The notes under the pieces are model-generated. The model had not been told where the DNA came from. It did not search any database and worked only from the letters and a program-made list of their open reading frames with translations. From assembly GCA_009914755.4 (NCBI GenBank), contig CP068257.2, forward strand, positions 12,544,001-12,608,000: a stretch of DNA of 64,000 bases, read 5' to 3'. How positions within the stretch are numbered: the stretch's first letter is position 1; every line of letters begins with the position of its first letter. Position numbers and translations under genes: made by a program. Of this stretch, positions 15,321-25,999 are shown piece by piece. Source of the DNA: the human T2T-CHM13v2.0 reference genome, Homo sapiens.

Positions 15321-18270
15321 TCAAGTAGTAAGCACGCCTGACATCCCCCAAAAGGAGAGGGGTCGCTTTTATAATGTTTCCTTTTACACCTTGCTCCTTC
15401 CTTCAAGCCCTTTTATGCGGACAGTATTTTTATTCCAGCATGAAAAGTGAGATTTGAGATGATTTGGCAGCCAACTTACCGTGACTGTGACCAGGTGATT
15501 CCCTGGACAAGGCCCTTTAATTCATACCAAGAGGACCTTCGGAAACTTTGAGACCTGGTACCTCTAGGATTAAGCCTGCTGTGTCCTGTATACACGCTCA
15601 CTTATCGTATTGTCCTATACAGCTAGGTATCACTTGCCAAAAAGATACACTCATTCAGCCATTCCGCTAACCGTGTAATGATCCGGAATTACGGGGCAAA
15701 TACTGAGGGTGCTGGGAAAACAAATTGACGAGACATCCTTTTATCTTCCTAACAGGGAGAACTTAAAATTACAATGTTTACGATAATCTATAAAAAGAGA
15801 AGGGACATAGATAGAAAAGTGGTTCCGCGTGCGAACTCTGAGGTCAGCAGTGTGACTCTGAGCCTGTCAATGAATTCCTCAGTGCTTCAGTTTCCTTATA
15901 TGTCAAAAGAGAGTAGTAGTATCTGCAGTATAATGTGGCTATCGGAATATGTGGCCTAATGGTAAAATGGCTACAGCTGAGTCTAGCACTCGCTGTTTGC
16001 TACCGCTACTACTGCTAATGGTACTGCTGTTATTATTAGTAATAATACTAACATCAAGAGAAATCAATAGTTACTTTCTCCTATCAGAATAAGGGAAAGT
16101 TCCGAGGGAGGCAATTACAGAACTAAATTTTCAGGATTGAATGGGTCAAAGGGGTCCTTTATTTGGTTGTGAAAGGACTTACTTTTGTCTCGAAACTTAA
16201 CTAAAGCAACCCTCTTTTAATTGTAGATACAATTTGGTAGAGAGGGTTCTTTCCAGGAATACAGTTTCCTTTCCTGGACGTAAAACTTTTTTATTATTTG
16301 AAAAATATTATTGATTTTAAAACTTTTAGGTTCATCCTTTTAATTCATCTTTTTAAACTTGCCTCCTTTTTTATGAACTCTAATCCATATCTGTTTTTTC
16401 ATTCAGTATCATTTAAAACTTACTATATTAAGTTAAAAAAAACAACAACAAAAACCGAAAGAAATATAAAGTAAACTTAGAGTTATTTTTCTCCAGAAGA
16501 CTTCTTTCACTTTGAGCCTCCAAAAAAAGGAGAGTGGAAGACTGGGGTGGGATTGCATTATCCAATAACCATTATTTTTAGTCAATCAGGACTCGATCAA
16601 TATCAGTTGTGTGGATCCACAAGACTATATATTATCTTCTCATTCTTTATCAGTTCCTTCTTCCACCTAAGCAAAATATAAATTTTATTTAATAGATCAG
16701 GTAAGAAGCATAAGTTCTTATTTTTGTCTAGGTATTGAAAGGAATTGCCAAAGTGGAGTTTCTCTTCCACTTTAGACTTCAACACCCAGCAAAACTTGAC
16801 AACTATCACACTATGTATTTCATTGTGATTTAAAAAATACTGTAAGATAGTGTGATTGTTGCTAAAAGTAAGTCTTCATGTTGACTTTTATCTTTACAAA
16901 TGCTTTGAATATCTAAATTTATGTCAAAATTCAAATCACGTAAGCATGTTCTGTCCCATAGTGATTACATCTATTTAATATCTGTATAAAAATCACCAAT
17001 TTTATTGGTTTTTATATTACAGTATATTTATCCTTTTACTATTTTCTTTCAAATTTCTGATTATACTTGGAAATGAGAAAATCAGATTTATTATCATTAC
17101 ACTTTTAATACTAGAGTTGAGATTTAGAGAAAATATGGTGAATTCAGTTTCAAATATGTTGAGATTGAAGTACAAAAACATAGACATCTCCAGGAGGTGT
17201 CTCCATGAAAGAGACATGGTGGGAAAAGTAAATTTGTTGATGAGGTGGTCCTTGAAGCCAGAAGGGAAGGGAAGCTAGTCCCTGGGAGAGCACAGAGAAT
17301 GAAAGGAAAAGACTAAATCTTAACACACAGAATTATTTTAAAGATGATCATTAATATTTTTCTTTAGAGTAAAAGCAATTTTTTTATTTATGCAACTCTA
17401 CAGGGAAAAATAATCAGTTATTAAAGTCTGAACCATTCAGCATTAAATCAGTTGTTTGTGTTTGTAAGTGCCTCCTCCAATCATTATCATGGCTGTGATG
17501 TAATTTTTCGTTAGTTGTAATTAACAATTTTCTATGATATTTGGCTCTGTGTTTTTAAATCTTCATTGCATATTATAGGTTTTTCTATCAATATAATCTG
17601 AATATTTATAATTTATATTTTATTCCGTTTTAGTAACACACCATGGAATAATATCTCCAGTTGTTAGATTTAGAGCCTCTCTAATTTCTCACACTTATAA
17701 ACAATGCAATATACTTAAAAGTCTTGAACATATTTAAACATTTTTCCTTTGGAAATTTACCAGATGGAGTTTCCAAATCAAAATGCATGATAAATTTATT
17801 TATTCTTGAAAAGATATTTAATCTTCATGACAGAAAATTTAAACTATGATATAACATCGCCAGCTTTTTTGAGGATAACTCAACCAGCATTGAATTTCTC
17901 ATTTCAGTTATTTTTTGAATTCAACACTGTGAATGTGTATGGAGACAAAGTAGTATTTTAATCTTAGATTTATATGTTTTCTAAATTGGTTTGTTAAGCC
18001 TAACAGAAGGATAGTCTACCATTTCTTTTACAGTTTGAAACTAATACCTAGAATTTCCTGTTCTTAACACCATGTATGTTTCCCCAATGAGCCAGAAAAT
18101 ACAAAGAAAGTGTGAGGAAGTGTAATATTTATTATTAGAAAGATACATTATTAGCAGAGCTACATAAAGATATTGCTAACACATTTCTTTAGTCTAAAGT
18201 TGAATTTACTTATTTGAGTATAAAAAAAATCTTTGGATTTATGAGAAAATAATTTTTAAGTTTCTTATAG

Positions 18271-18433
18271 GCGGGGCCACTAACCAAAGTGACTATATGC
18301 AAAGACAGAGAAGGAAAGCCAAAGTCTTTTGGATTTGTCTGCTTTAAACACCCAGAATCGGTGTCTTATGCCATAGCTTTGCTGAATGGAATTCGTTTAT
18401 ATGGAAGACCAATTAACGTGCAGTATCGATTTG
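18271..18433 (+). CDS. RBM11: RBM11 coding exon 2 (AGPLTKVTICKDREGKPKSFGFVCFKHPESVSYAIALLNGIRLYGRPINVQYRFG). It contains the RNP-1 motif KSFGFVCF.
   Basis: The acceptor is tttcttatag|gcgggg and the donor is tttg|gtaggt. The exon is 163 nt, phase 0 in and phase 1 out. Confidence 0.9.
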
Positions 18434-19039
18434 GTAGGTCCTGTCACTGATTAATCTTCAAAGTGTTTTGTGGTTGGTACTATTCTCAGAGTTGTAAGCA
18501 ATTTGTTTCCTATGTAGTATAAGACCAAAACAAAAAAAAGTACCTTCTACCTTCTGGTCATTGTTAAATTTTCTCAGAACACGTGTCTAATTCATAATGT
18601 TATATAGTTAATTAGTCTTGACAAACCTATAGCATCTTTTCTAAAAATAAAATGTAAGATAATCGTTTTAGTATCAGCCAGCAAGTAGCTATGATGGTTG
18701 CTATTGGCCCTTATAAATTGAGCAAATCTGAATGAACTGGGGTCACACAACTGTAACATTTATATAGCAAGGGTATTTACTAATCTTGTTACTGCTGATG
18801 TATGGTACTGAATCTGTACTATTTGGAAGATAGAGAGAGGGCATTTAGTCCTTCTGGGGAAATCTTTCTATACATGTTGCACAGGATTTTAGCCCCTGTA
18901 AGAGCAAAGTGGTGAAAGGCAACGTAGAGTTACCCTTAGTAGTGGCGGAAAAAACTTCCTGACAAGAATGGCCTCAACAACTTCTCCTGCACGCATATCA
19001 GGAACAGATCATTCATGATTAGCTGCCAAGAGAATGTTA

Positions 19040-19330
19040 TACCATTACTCTAGCTCTTTCATGTTTCAGGAGACTAATAGAGGCCATCTGGTAATTCTTG
19101 CAATATGTACGCAGCCTCCTCTAAGTGGTCAGGCTTATTGGTCTGTCACTTGTCGGTTTTTAAATTCCTCTTGCTATACTAAAAGCAAACAAATACTAAT
19201 AACAAAAACAATGCTTTATTGCAAAGCAAAAGTGCGTCTCTTTGCATTTCTTTTTTTCTTCCTTTCTTTTGTAATACATGGTTGCATCATGCTCTCTGGT
19301 ACTTTCTGGTTAACTTACACAACCTGGTAT
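19040..19330 (+). repeat. Copy 1 of an unclassified dispersed repeat in RBM11 intron 2. Its second copy is at 20590-20880.
   Basis: The segment gcagcctcctctaagtggtcaggcttattggtctgtcacttgtcggtttttaaattcctcttgctatactaaaagcaaac...catcatgctctctggtactttctggttaacttacacaa is about 75-80% identical to 20640-20870. The shared sequence continues after the MADE1 insert as agaataggccagggtatattatgttctg. Confidence 0.45.
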
Positions 19331-19380
19331 TAGGTTAGTGCAAAAGTAATTGCGGTTTTGCCATTACTTTTAATGTCTGT
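19331..19380. mobile_element. MADE1/Hsmar1 (mariner) terminal inverted-repeat fragment inserted at a TA dinucleotide
   Basis: The sequence ttaggttagtgcaaaagtaattgcggttttgccattacttttaatg matches the MADE1 TIR (TTAGGTTGGTGCAAAAGTAATTGCGGTTTTTGCCATTA...). It is absent from the paralogous copy at 20870, and the flanks show TA on both sides. Confidence 0.6.
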
Positions 19381-19804
19381 AGAATAGGCCAGGGTATATT
19401 ATGTTCTGGCACATCATGTATAAGATTGAATTGGCTTTTGTCCATGAGGGTTAAACTCCTGCCTTGTACACTGGAAACAAATAACACTTGTTTATTTGCC
19501 ATTTTTAGTTTACAGGTGTCTGGAACAAACCATCATGTATCTTACAAAGTCCAACGTCAATGTCATTCTTATTTACAGTCATTGATTTAGACAAAGGTTG
19601 ATTTTAATTCATTGATATATATATAGTACTGTAAACAATCTATAAATATGATTTGAGAGGTCAGATATGCATATATCTTCTCTGAGTACAGAATTTTAAA
19701 ATCACTACTACGTCCTAAAATATTTTGAGTCATTTTATGGTTTAATATTACAACTCAAAAAAAAATGTACCATGAAGTAACCTGTTACTCTGTTTCTTTC
19801 AAAG

Positions 19805-19877
19805 GGAGTTCTCGCTCTTCTGAACCAGCTAACCAAAGTTTTGAGAGCTGTGTTAAGATAAATTCACACAACTACAG
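19805..19877 (+). CDS. RBM11: RBM11 coding exon 3 (codons for SSRSSEPANQSFESCVKINSHNY plus split codons)
   Basis: The acceptor is tctgtttctttcaaag|gg and the donor is ctacag|gtaatt. The exon is 73 nt and joins exon 2 in frame (g+gg = Gly). Confidence 0.88.
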
Positions 19878-20589
19878 GTAATTTTAAAAATATTTCTCAT
19901 CAAAGGTAAAGCAAATATATTTTTATGCCAAGAGGAGTTTTTATATATTTTGGGCTATTGTAAAACCTTACTTTTTAGGCCTAGGATAAAATTAAGGAAT
20001 ATCTTTTTTTTCCGAGCCCATGAAAAGTGATAGAAAATATTTTCATTTAAAATTCAGTCTTAATATTTTCAGTAGTAGGGGGTAGAGACTTATATTTGTA
20101 GTTTTTTATAGTTTTCTACATGCTTTTCATAGCTGTTAAATCATTTAAGCATACAAGGTTTCATCATGGATCACAGGGATACTGTTATTTATATTTTATA
20201 TTTGAGTCAATGGAGTTGCAAAAGTTAACCAGTTCTTAAGGTCACAGGATGATAAAGTGCTAGCTTTGAAACTAAGCCTTCTGACATTAAGCCATTGAAT
20301 TAATTATTTTACTTTTTGAAATAACTTCTCTGTGTTAATTTTCAAACTCATCTAGAATTTTGTATAGCCTGATTTATTGATGCAATGGTAGCCTCCACAT
20401 ACACTCTCTGGCAGGCTATCCCAGAGGTCATGAAACTAAAAGGCTCCCACACCAAATGAAAATGTTCAAATTACAGCTTTTGTTACATCCATTTTAAAAA
20501 CAGTGAAAAGCAAGAAGAAAGATATTGGATAGCTTAGCACACTTAGGAAAAGCTGCAAGTAGGCAGAAGGACGAACTAGCTGAATTCTG

Positions 20590-20880
20590 GTTACACTAAT
20601 AAACACGTGCCCTGTTTCTCTCTGCTGTATCAGCCTCCCCTGCTGACTGCAGTACTTCTGCAGCCTCTCTAAGTGGTTCAGGCTTTTTGATGTATCACTT
20701 GTTGGTTTTTAAATTTCTCTTGCTATACTGAAAACAAATATGAATAACAAAAACAATCCGTTCTTGCAAAGGGAAAGTGCTTCTCTTTGCATTCTCTTTG
20801 CATTTCTTCTTTTTTTTAATGTTTGGCTTCATCATGCTCTCTGGTACTGTCCGGTTAACTTACACAGGCTGATAGAATAG
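20590..20880 (+). repeat. Copy 2 of the dispersed repeat, in RBM11 intron 3
   Basis: See the copy 1 entry (19040-19330). It has the same orientation and lacks the MADE1 piece. Confidence 0.45.
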
Positions 20881-21060
20881 GTCAGGGTATATTATGTTCT
20901 GATATATCATATAGATGTATGATATAGATAGAGATCTATATCTATATATAGAGGAGAGGAATAGATATACTCTATTCAGAGTAGACATATAGATCTATGT
21001 ATCTCTATATAGATATTTATATATATAGAGAGAAGTATAGCTCTACTAGCTACATTTCTA
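20880..21060. repeat. Low-complexity TA/GA-rich simple repeat of (TATAGA)n-like units
   Basis: The sequence reads atatagatgtatgatatagatagagatctatatctatatatagaggagagg...tatatatagagagaagtatag. Confidence 0.8.
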
Positions 21061-21351
21061 ATGTTTATCATAGTAACAGTATGAGTGTCATCCATACTGC
21101 TTTTTTTCTTGTCTTCTTTAGCAGAGCTGAATATTCTCAAGTAAACTAACAATAGCTGACCCTCCTATCCCTTTTAGTTATATCAACCCTCTGAACATTG
21201 GAGAGTGGCCCCTCGGGACTGTCAAATAGCCAGGTTTATCTTTCAGAGCATTATTGCACCCCAGATAAAACAGTGTGCTCCTCATCTTCATTCACCCAAC
21301 ATTTCTACATCAGTGAAATGAGAAGTTAGGAAAGGAGGTGGTGAAATTAGA

Positions 21352-21460
21352 TTGCCTGAATTTGCATGTTAGCTCTGCCACTTTATTAACGTCAATTAAC
21401 AGTTTATTAACAGTCAGTTAACACTATTAATAAAGTAGCAGAGGCAAGATGCAAATTCAG
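21352..21460. repeat. Imperfect inverted repeat (hairpin) with arms of about 36 bp and a spacer of about 35 bp that holds reiterated TTAACAG motifs
   Basis: The left arm is gcctgaatttgcatgttagctctgccactttattaa. The right arm is ttaataaagtagcagaggcaagatgcaaattcagac, with about 30 of 36 bases complementary. This may be a MITE or hAT-like remnant. Confidence 0.6.
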
Positions 21461-22084
21461 ACAAGAACTGGATATGTTATTTTACCACTCTGTTCCCCAT
21501 CTCTAAAATGAGGATAAAACTTTGAAAGGTTACTGTGAGAATTGAATTTTATAATTAACACAAGGTGCTTAAAATACTGAGCATACAATGTTCCGCAAAT
21601 GTTAGCATAAAGGGGGGGAAGCACTATCTAGACTCATGTGTCGAGCCATGTGTATAATGTAAGAACTCCTTTTTTCTACTAGTACCAAGTGGGAAAAGGT
21701 ATCTCTTCTTCCTCAGGAGTTAGGAAGGAACAAGCTATTGGTAAGATTTAGACGGAAGAGAAAAGACTAGATGGGCACTAGAATATAGCAGTCAAACTCT
21801 GGTATTTTCTAGTTATGTTTGATACACTGACCCTAAGTCATCACAAATTCTAGAGTAGACAGCCTGAGTTATGTGTATATTTTGGATATGACATTTCATT
21901 GATAATACTTTATTCTTCTAGTATTTCTGATATTATAAAGAAAGCATATAAAATGGGTTATCATGTCCCCAAAGTGATTTGCAGAGAAAAATGGTGCTTA
22001 TTTAACAATCTAGTCTTTGCTCTCCCTTGGAAATGGATTTTTATGCTTCTTGTTGTTTCTTGTACCTTCTGCTTTTAATGAATA

Positions 22085-23010
22085 TTCCCTGTGTTAGTTT
22101 GCTAGGGCTGCTATAACAAAGTACCGCAAACAGAGTACTTAAGCAATAGCTATTCATTGTCTCATAGTTCTGAAGGCTAGACATCCAAGATAAAGGTGTC
22201 AGCAGCATTGTTTCTTTATGAGAGCTATCAGAAATAATCTGTTTCATGCTTCTGGTGGTTTGATGTCAATCTTTGGTATTTTTCAGCCTGTAGAAGCATT
22301 ACCAAGATCTCCACCTTTATCTTCACATGGTGTTCTTCCTGTGGGTAACCATACTGTAGTTTGAATGTGTCCCTCAAAAGTTCATATGTTGAAATTTTGG
22401 TCCCCAGTGCAGCAGTGTTGAGATGTGGGACCTTTGGGAGGTGATTGGGTCATGAAGGCTATGCCCTCATGTATATTTTAATTCATTAATGGATTATTGG
22501 ATTAATTGGTTATTGAGGAAGTGGGTTTGTTATCACAAGTAGATCTGTTGTAAAAGCCAGTTTGGCCATCTCTCGTGAGCTCCTCCTGCCTGTGATGACT
22601 TCTGCCATGTTATAACATAGTAGAGCTCACCAGAAGCTAACCATAACCACCTTCACCAGAAGCCACCTCATCTTGGACTCTCCAGCCTGAAGAACCATGA
22701 GCCGAAATACATCTCTTTTCTTCATAACAAACAGAGTACCTGTTTGTTATATAATACCAGTTTGTTATAACAAACAGGTATTGTGTTATAACAACAGAAA
22801 ATGGACTAAAACAGTCTGTCTTCAAATTTCCCCTTTTTAATCAGGATACCACTCATATTGTATTAGGCACCCATCCTGTTCCAATATGACCTCATCTTAA
22901 CTAATGATATCTGCAGTGACCCTTTTTCCAAATAAGGTAACATTCTGAGATACTGGGATTTAGGACTTTAACAGCTGAATTTTGGGGAGACATGTCAGCC
23001 CATCACACTT
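22085..23010 (+). mobile_element. Old LTR-class interspersed repeat(s) in RBM11 intron 3 (MaLR/ERV-L-like, family not assigned). The segments are in rearranged order.
   Basis: It contains tgtgttagtttgctagggctgctataacaaagtacc..., gtttgaatgtgtccctcaaaagttcatatgttgaa...ggacctttgggaggtgattgggtcatgaagg..., ccagcctgaagaaccatgagccgaaatacatctcttttc and ...gacctcatcttaactaatgatatctgcagtgaccctttttccaaataaggtaacattctgagatactggga. These are motifs of a very common human repeat family that I recognise but cannot name with confidence. Confidence 0.45.
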
Positions 23011-23145
23011 CTGAATTTACATGTGATTCCTCTATGCAGACAACTTTGCATCCCCTGAGGAAAGATAGTGGTTTTTCTTAAGAGAAAATGACATTTGTAA
23101 TAGGAATTTTAAGATTTTATTACTTCTTCTTTCATCTCCTCAAAG

Positions 23146-23245
23146 GAATGAAGAAATGGTGGTGGGCAGATCTTCCTTTCCCATGCAGTATTTTCCAATT
23201 AATAATACTTCTTTACCTCAAGAATATTTTCTCTTTCAGAAGATG
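23146..23245 (+). CDS. RBM11: RBM11 coding exon 4 (NEEMVVGRSSFPMQYFPINNTSLPQEYFLFQKM)
   Basis: The acceptor is tctcctcaaag|gaatgaag and the donor is cagaagatg|gtaagt. The exon is 100 nt and completes the Arg codon started in exon 3. Confidence 0.88.
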
Positions 23246-23547
23246 GTAAGTTTAATATGCATTTTATTCAGTATATAATATGATACAAACTATGAAGAAC
23301 ATAAAGGCTATTTGTAACATATGGTGCCCAAATCTAAACTGGGATGAAGGCACAAGATGTCCCAGCACTGTCCTCCAGTGGTGTCCTGGCCTAACACCAT
23401 CATCCTAAATTTCAGTTCTAATGCCTTAGCAAATGGCCAGGGTGTCAACAGAAAAGGGATGGACGGCAGTGACGACATACTGCAGTCCAAGTGAAATTTG
23501 AGTAGAGAGTTCTAATGTAAATGACTATTTTAAAAGACGTTTGCAGT

Positions 23548-23831
23548 GGCCAGACATGGTGGTTCACACCTATAATCACAGCATTTTGGGAGGCCAGGGC
23601 AGGATCAATTGAGGTCAAGAGGTCGAGACCAGCCTGGCCAACACAGTGAAACCCTCTCCATCATAAAAATAGAAAAAATTAACCGGGCATGGTGGTGCAC
23701 ACCCGTAACCCCAGCTACTCGGGAGGCTGAGGCATGATTGCTTGAACCTAGAAGGTGGAGGTCGCAGTGAGCCAAGATTGTGCTCCAGCCTGGCCAATAG
23801 AGCAAGACTCTGTCTCAAAAGAAAAAAAAAA
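23548..23831 (+). mobile_element. Alu SINE in RBM11 intron 3 with a 13-bp TSD (aagacgtttgcag / aagatgtttgcag)
   Basis: The body reads ggccagacatggtggttcacacctataatcacagcattttgggaggcc ... ctgtctcaaaagaaaaaaaaaag. The TSD lies at 23534-23546 and 23830-23842. Confidence 0.9.
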
Positions 23832-25042
23832 GATGTTTGCAGAATTGCATAATTTGAATAATTTCACTTAGTGAAGTATTTTTATATAATGTCATCAATC
23901 CCAAATAGATTGTTTTTGGACATGGATTTTTAAAGTAAATTTCTCCTTTTAATTAAAGACAAAACTATCCTTCTTGAGTATATACTTAGTCCTTCATGCA
24001 CACATCACAGGGGAAGGATATCATAGCAATGAAGATTCTCAATTGGTCGAGTAAACTAAATTATTTCCAGAGACTACCAAAAATTGGTTTTGACCCAGAA
24101 ATCTTAATTATGGACTTCATTGTTAAAGGTGAACTCATTTTTTTTTAATTCCTCATAAATAAGAAATTGAAGTCCAGGGTTGTTAATCTACAGTCCCAAG
24201 ATTTTCAGCTTGTTAGTGACAGGTGTAGGACTAACCCAGGTCTTCTGATTCACAGACTATTATTTTTGCAAATACCCAACGTATATGTGAGCTTTAGATT
24301 TGTTAAATATCCATTTTCAATTTTTAAACAGAAATTTTCCTGTAAATTGATACTTTTTAACTTTTGCTAAAAAAAAACCCTTTTCTTAACTATGGTAAAA
24401 CATTAGTAAACAATCAGTTCTCGTCTGAAACTATAAATGTCTTCATCGAAGCATTTTTTATCTTTTGGTAGAGATGGGGTAGGAGAGAGACACAAGTTCA
24501 TGGTATCTCTATTAATCTTTAATCTTTGAATAGTTAGAAATTTGAGTTAAGAGCTTGTTTGTTTTTAAAGGAAGCATCTCTCTAAACAGTAAATAACTAT
24601 GCTATAAAATATGGGGGCAATTTGCCATATATGCACCTAGGAAGCTGAGTTTTAAAATTTTATTTAATTTTAATTAATTTAAATTAAAATTTAAAACCGA
24701 TACTTGGTTCGGTTTTCAGAAAACTTTTAAGTATATTTGAAACAACTTGGCCATGTGAGTATATTTTTTTCAACTCTAAATTTGATGTAATCTAAATTCA
24801 GATCAGGTATTTTCAATAAAAATTTAGCATTCAGATTGAGATATGCCATGAGTATAAAATACACCTCATATTTTGAAGACTTCACTTGAAGAAAAAGTAA
24901 AATATCTCATTAATTTTATATCATTTACATATTAAAGTTATAACATTTTAAATGGATATATTGGGATAAATAAAATACATTGTTTAATTTCACTGTTTCT
25001 TTCTACTTTTGTATTGCAGTTACTAGATTTAAAACTACATGT

Positions 25043-25351
25043 GGGCTGGGTGCGGTGGCTCACACCTGTAATCCCAGAGCTTTAGGAGGCTGAGGCGGGT
25101 GGGTCACCTGAGGTCAGGAGATCGAGACCAGCCTGACCAATATGGTGAAACGCTGTCTCTACTAAAAATACAAAAATTAGCTGGGTGTGGTGGCGTGTGC
25201 CTGTAGTCCCAGCTTCTTGGGAGGCCGAGACAGGAGAATTGCTTGAACCCAGGAGGCGCAGGTTGCAGTGAGCCAAGATTTGCCCCACTGCACTCCAGCA
25301 TGGGCAACAAAGTGAGACCCTGTCTCAAAAAAAAAAAAAAACAAACAAAAA
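25043..25351 (+). mobile_element. Alu SINE in RBM11 intron 4, sense orientation, about 235 bp upstream of the exon-5 acceptor
   Basis: The body reads gggctgggtgcggtggctcacacctgtaatcccagagctttaggaggctgaggcgggtgg ... ccctgtctcaaaaaaaaaaaaaaacaaacaaaaa. The flanks carry aaaactac / aaaactat. Confidence 0.9.
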
Positions 25352-25585
25352 CTATTTCCATTGGATAGCACTAATCTATATTGTAGTGAGCTATACACAG
25401 CCTCAACTCTTTATATTGACCCTTTAATGAAACACCTACCTTTCTACTATGAGAGGTCACTGTCTTTCTTATACCAAAACACAGTTTAGTTTACTCATGG
25501 CTATTGTATAATACATGTAAACTGTTAACTTTTTTTCCTTAACCTTTTGGATTTGTTTTGGTAGATGAATGTCTTGTTTTCACAG

Positions 25586-25999
25586 CAGTGGCATGTGTAT
25601 AATCCAGTGCTGCAGCTTCCTTACTATGAAATGACAGCTCCACTTCCTAATAGTGCATCCGTGTCTTCCTCACTGAATCATGTTCCAGATCTTGAGGCTG
25701 GACCCAGCTCATATAAATGGACTCACCAACAACCAAGTGACTCTGACCTTTATCAGATGACAGCTCCACTTCCTAATAGTGCATCCGTGTCTTCCTCACT
25801 GAATCATGTTCCAGATCTTGAGGCTGGACCCAGCTCATATAAATGGACTCACCAACAACCAAGTGACTCTGACCTTTATCAGATGAATAAACGAAAGAGA
25901 CAAAAGCAAACAAGTGATAGTGATAGTAGCACAGACAACAACAGAGGCAACGAATGTAGCCAAAAGTTCCGAAAGTCTAAGAAGAAGAAAAGATACTAG
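25586..25999 (+). CDS. RBM11: RBM11 last coding exon (QWHVYNPVLQLPYYEM...KFRKSKKKKRY*). It includes the internal 2 x 126-bp tandem repeat and a C-terminal Ser/Lys/Arg-rich tail. The stop TAG is at 25997-25999.
   Basis: The acceptor is gtcttgttttcacag|cagtgg. The exon lies in the frame of the listed ORF 25565-25999. The five exons sum to 843 nt, or 281 codons. Confidence 0.9.
   Translation, partial: QWHVYNPVLQLPYYEMTAPLPNSASVSSSLNHVPDLEAGPSSYKWTHQQPSDSDLYQMTAPLPNSASVSSSLNHVPDLEAGPSSYKWTHQQPSDSDLYQMNKRKRQKQTSDSDSSTDNNRGNECSQKFRKSKKKKRY
25634..25885 (+). repeat. RBM11: In-frame tandem duplication of 2 x 126 bp inside RBM11 coding exon 5 (units 25634-25759 and 25760-25885)
   Basis: The two units look identical base for base. 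Each encodes TAPLPNSASVSSSLNHVPDLEAGPSSYKWTHQQPSDSDLYQM. Confidence 0.85.

Noticed and set aside
16000-16060. An imperfect trinucleotide-like tract (gctaccgctactactgctaatggtactgctgttattattagtaataatact) in RBM11 intron 1
   Set aside because: It is too degenerate and short to call a microsatellite, and it has no obvious function.
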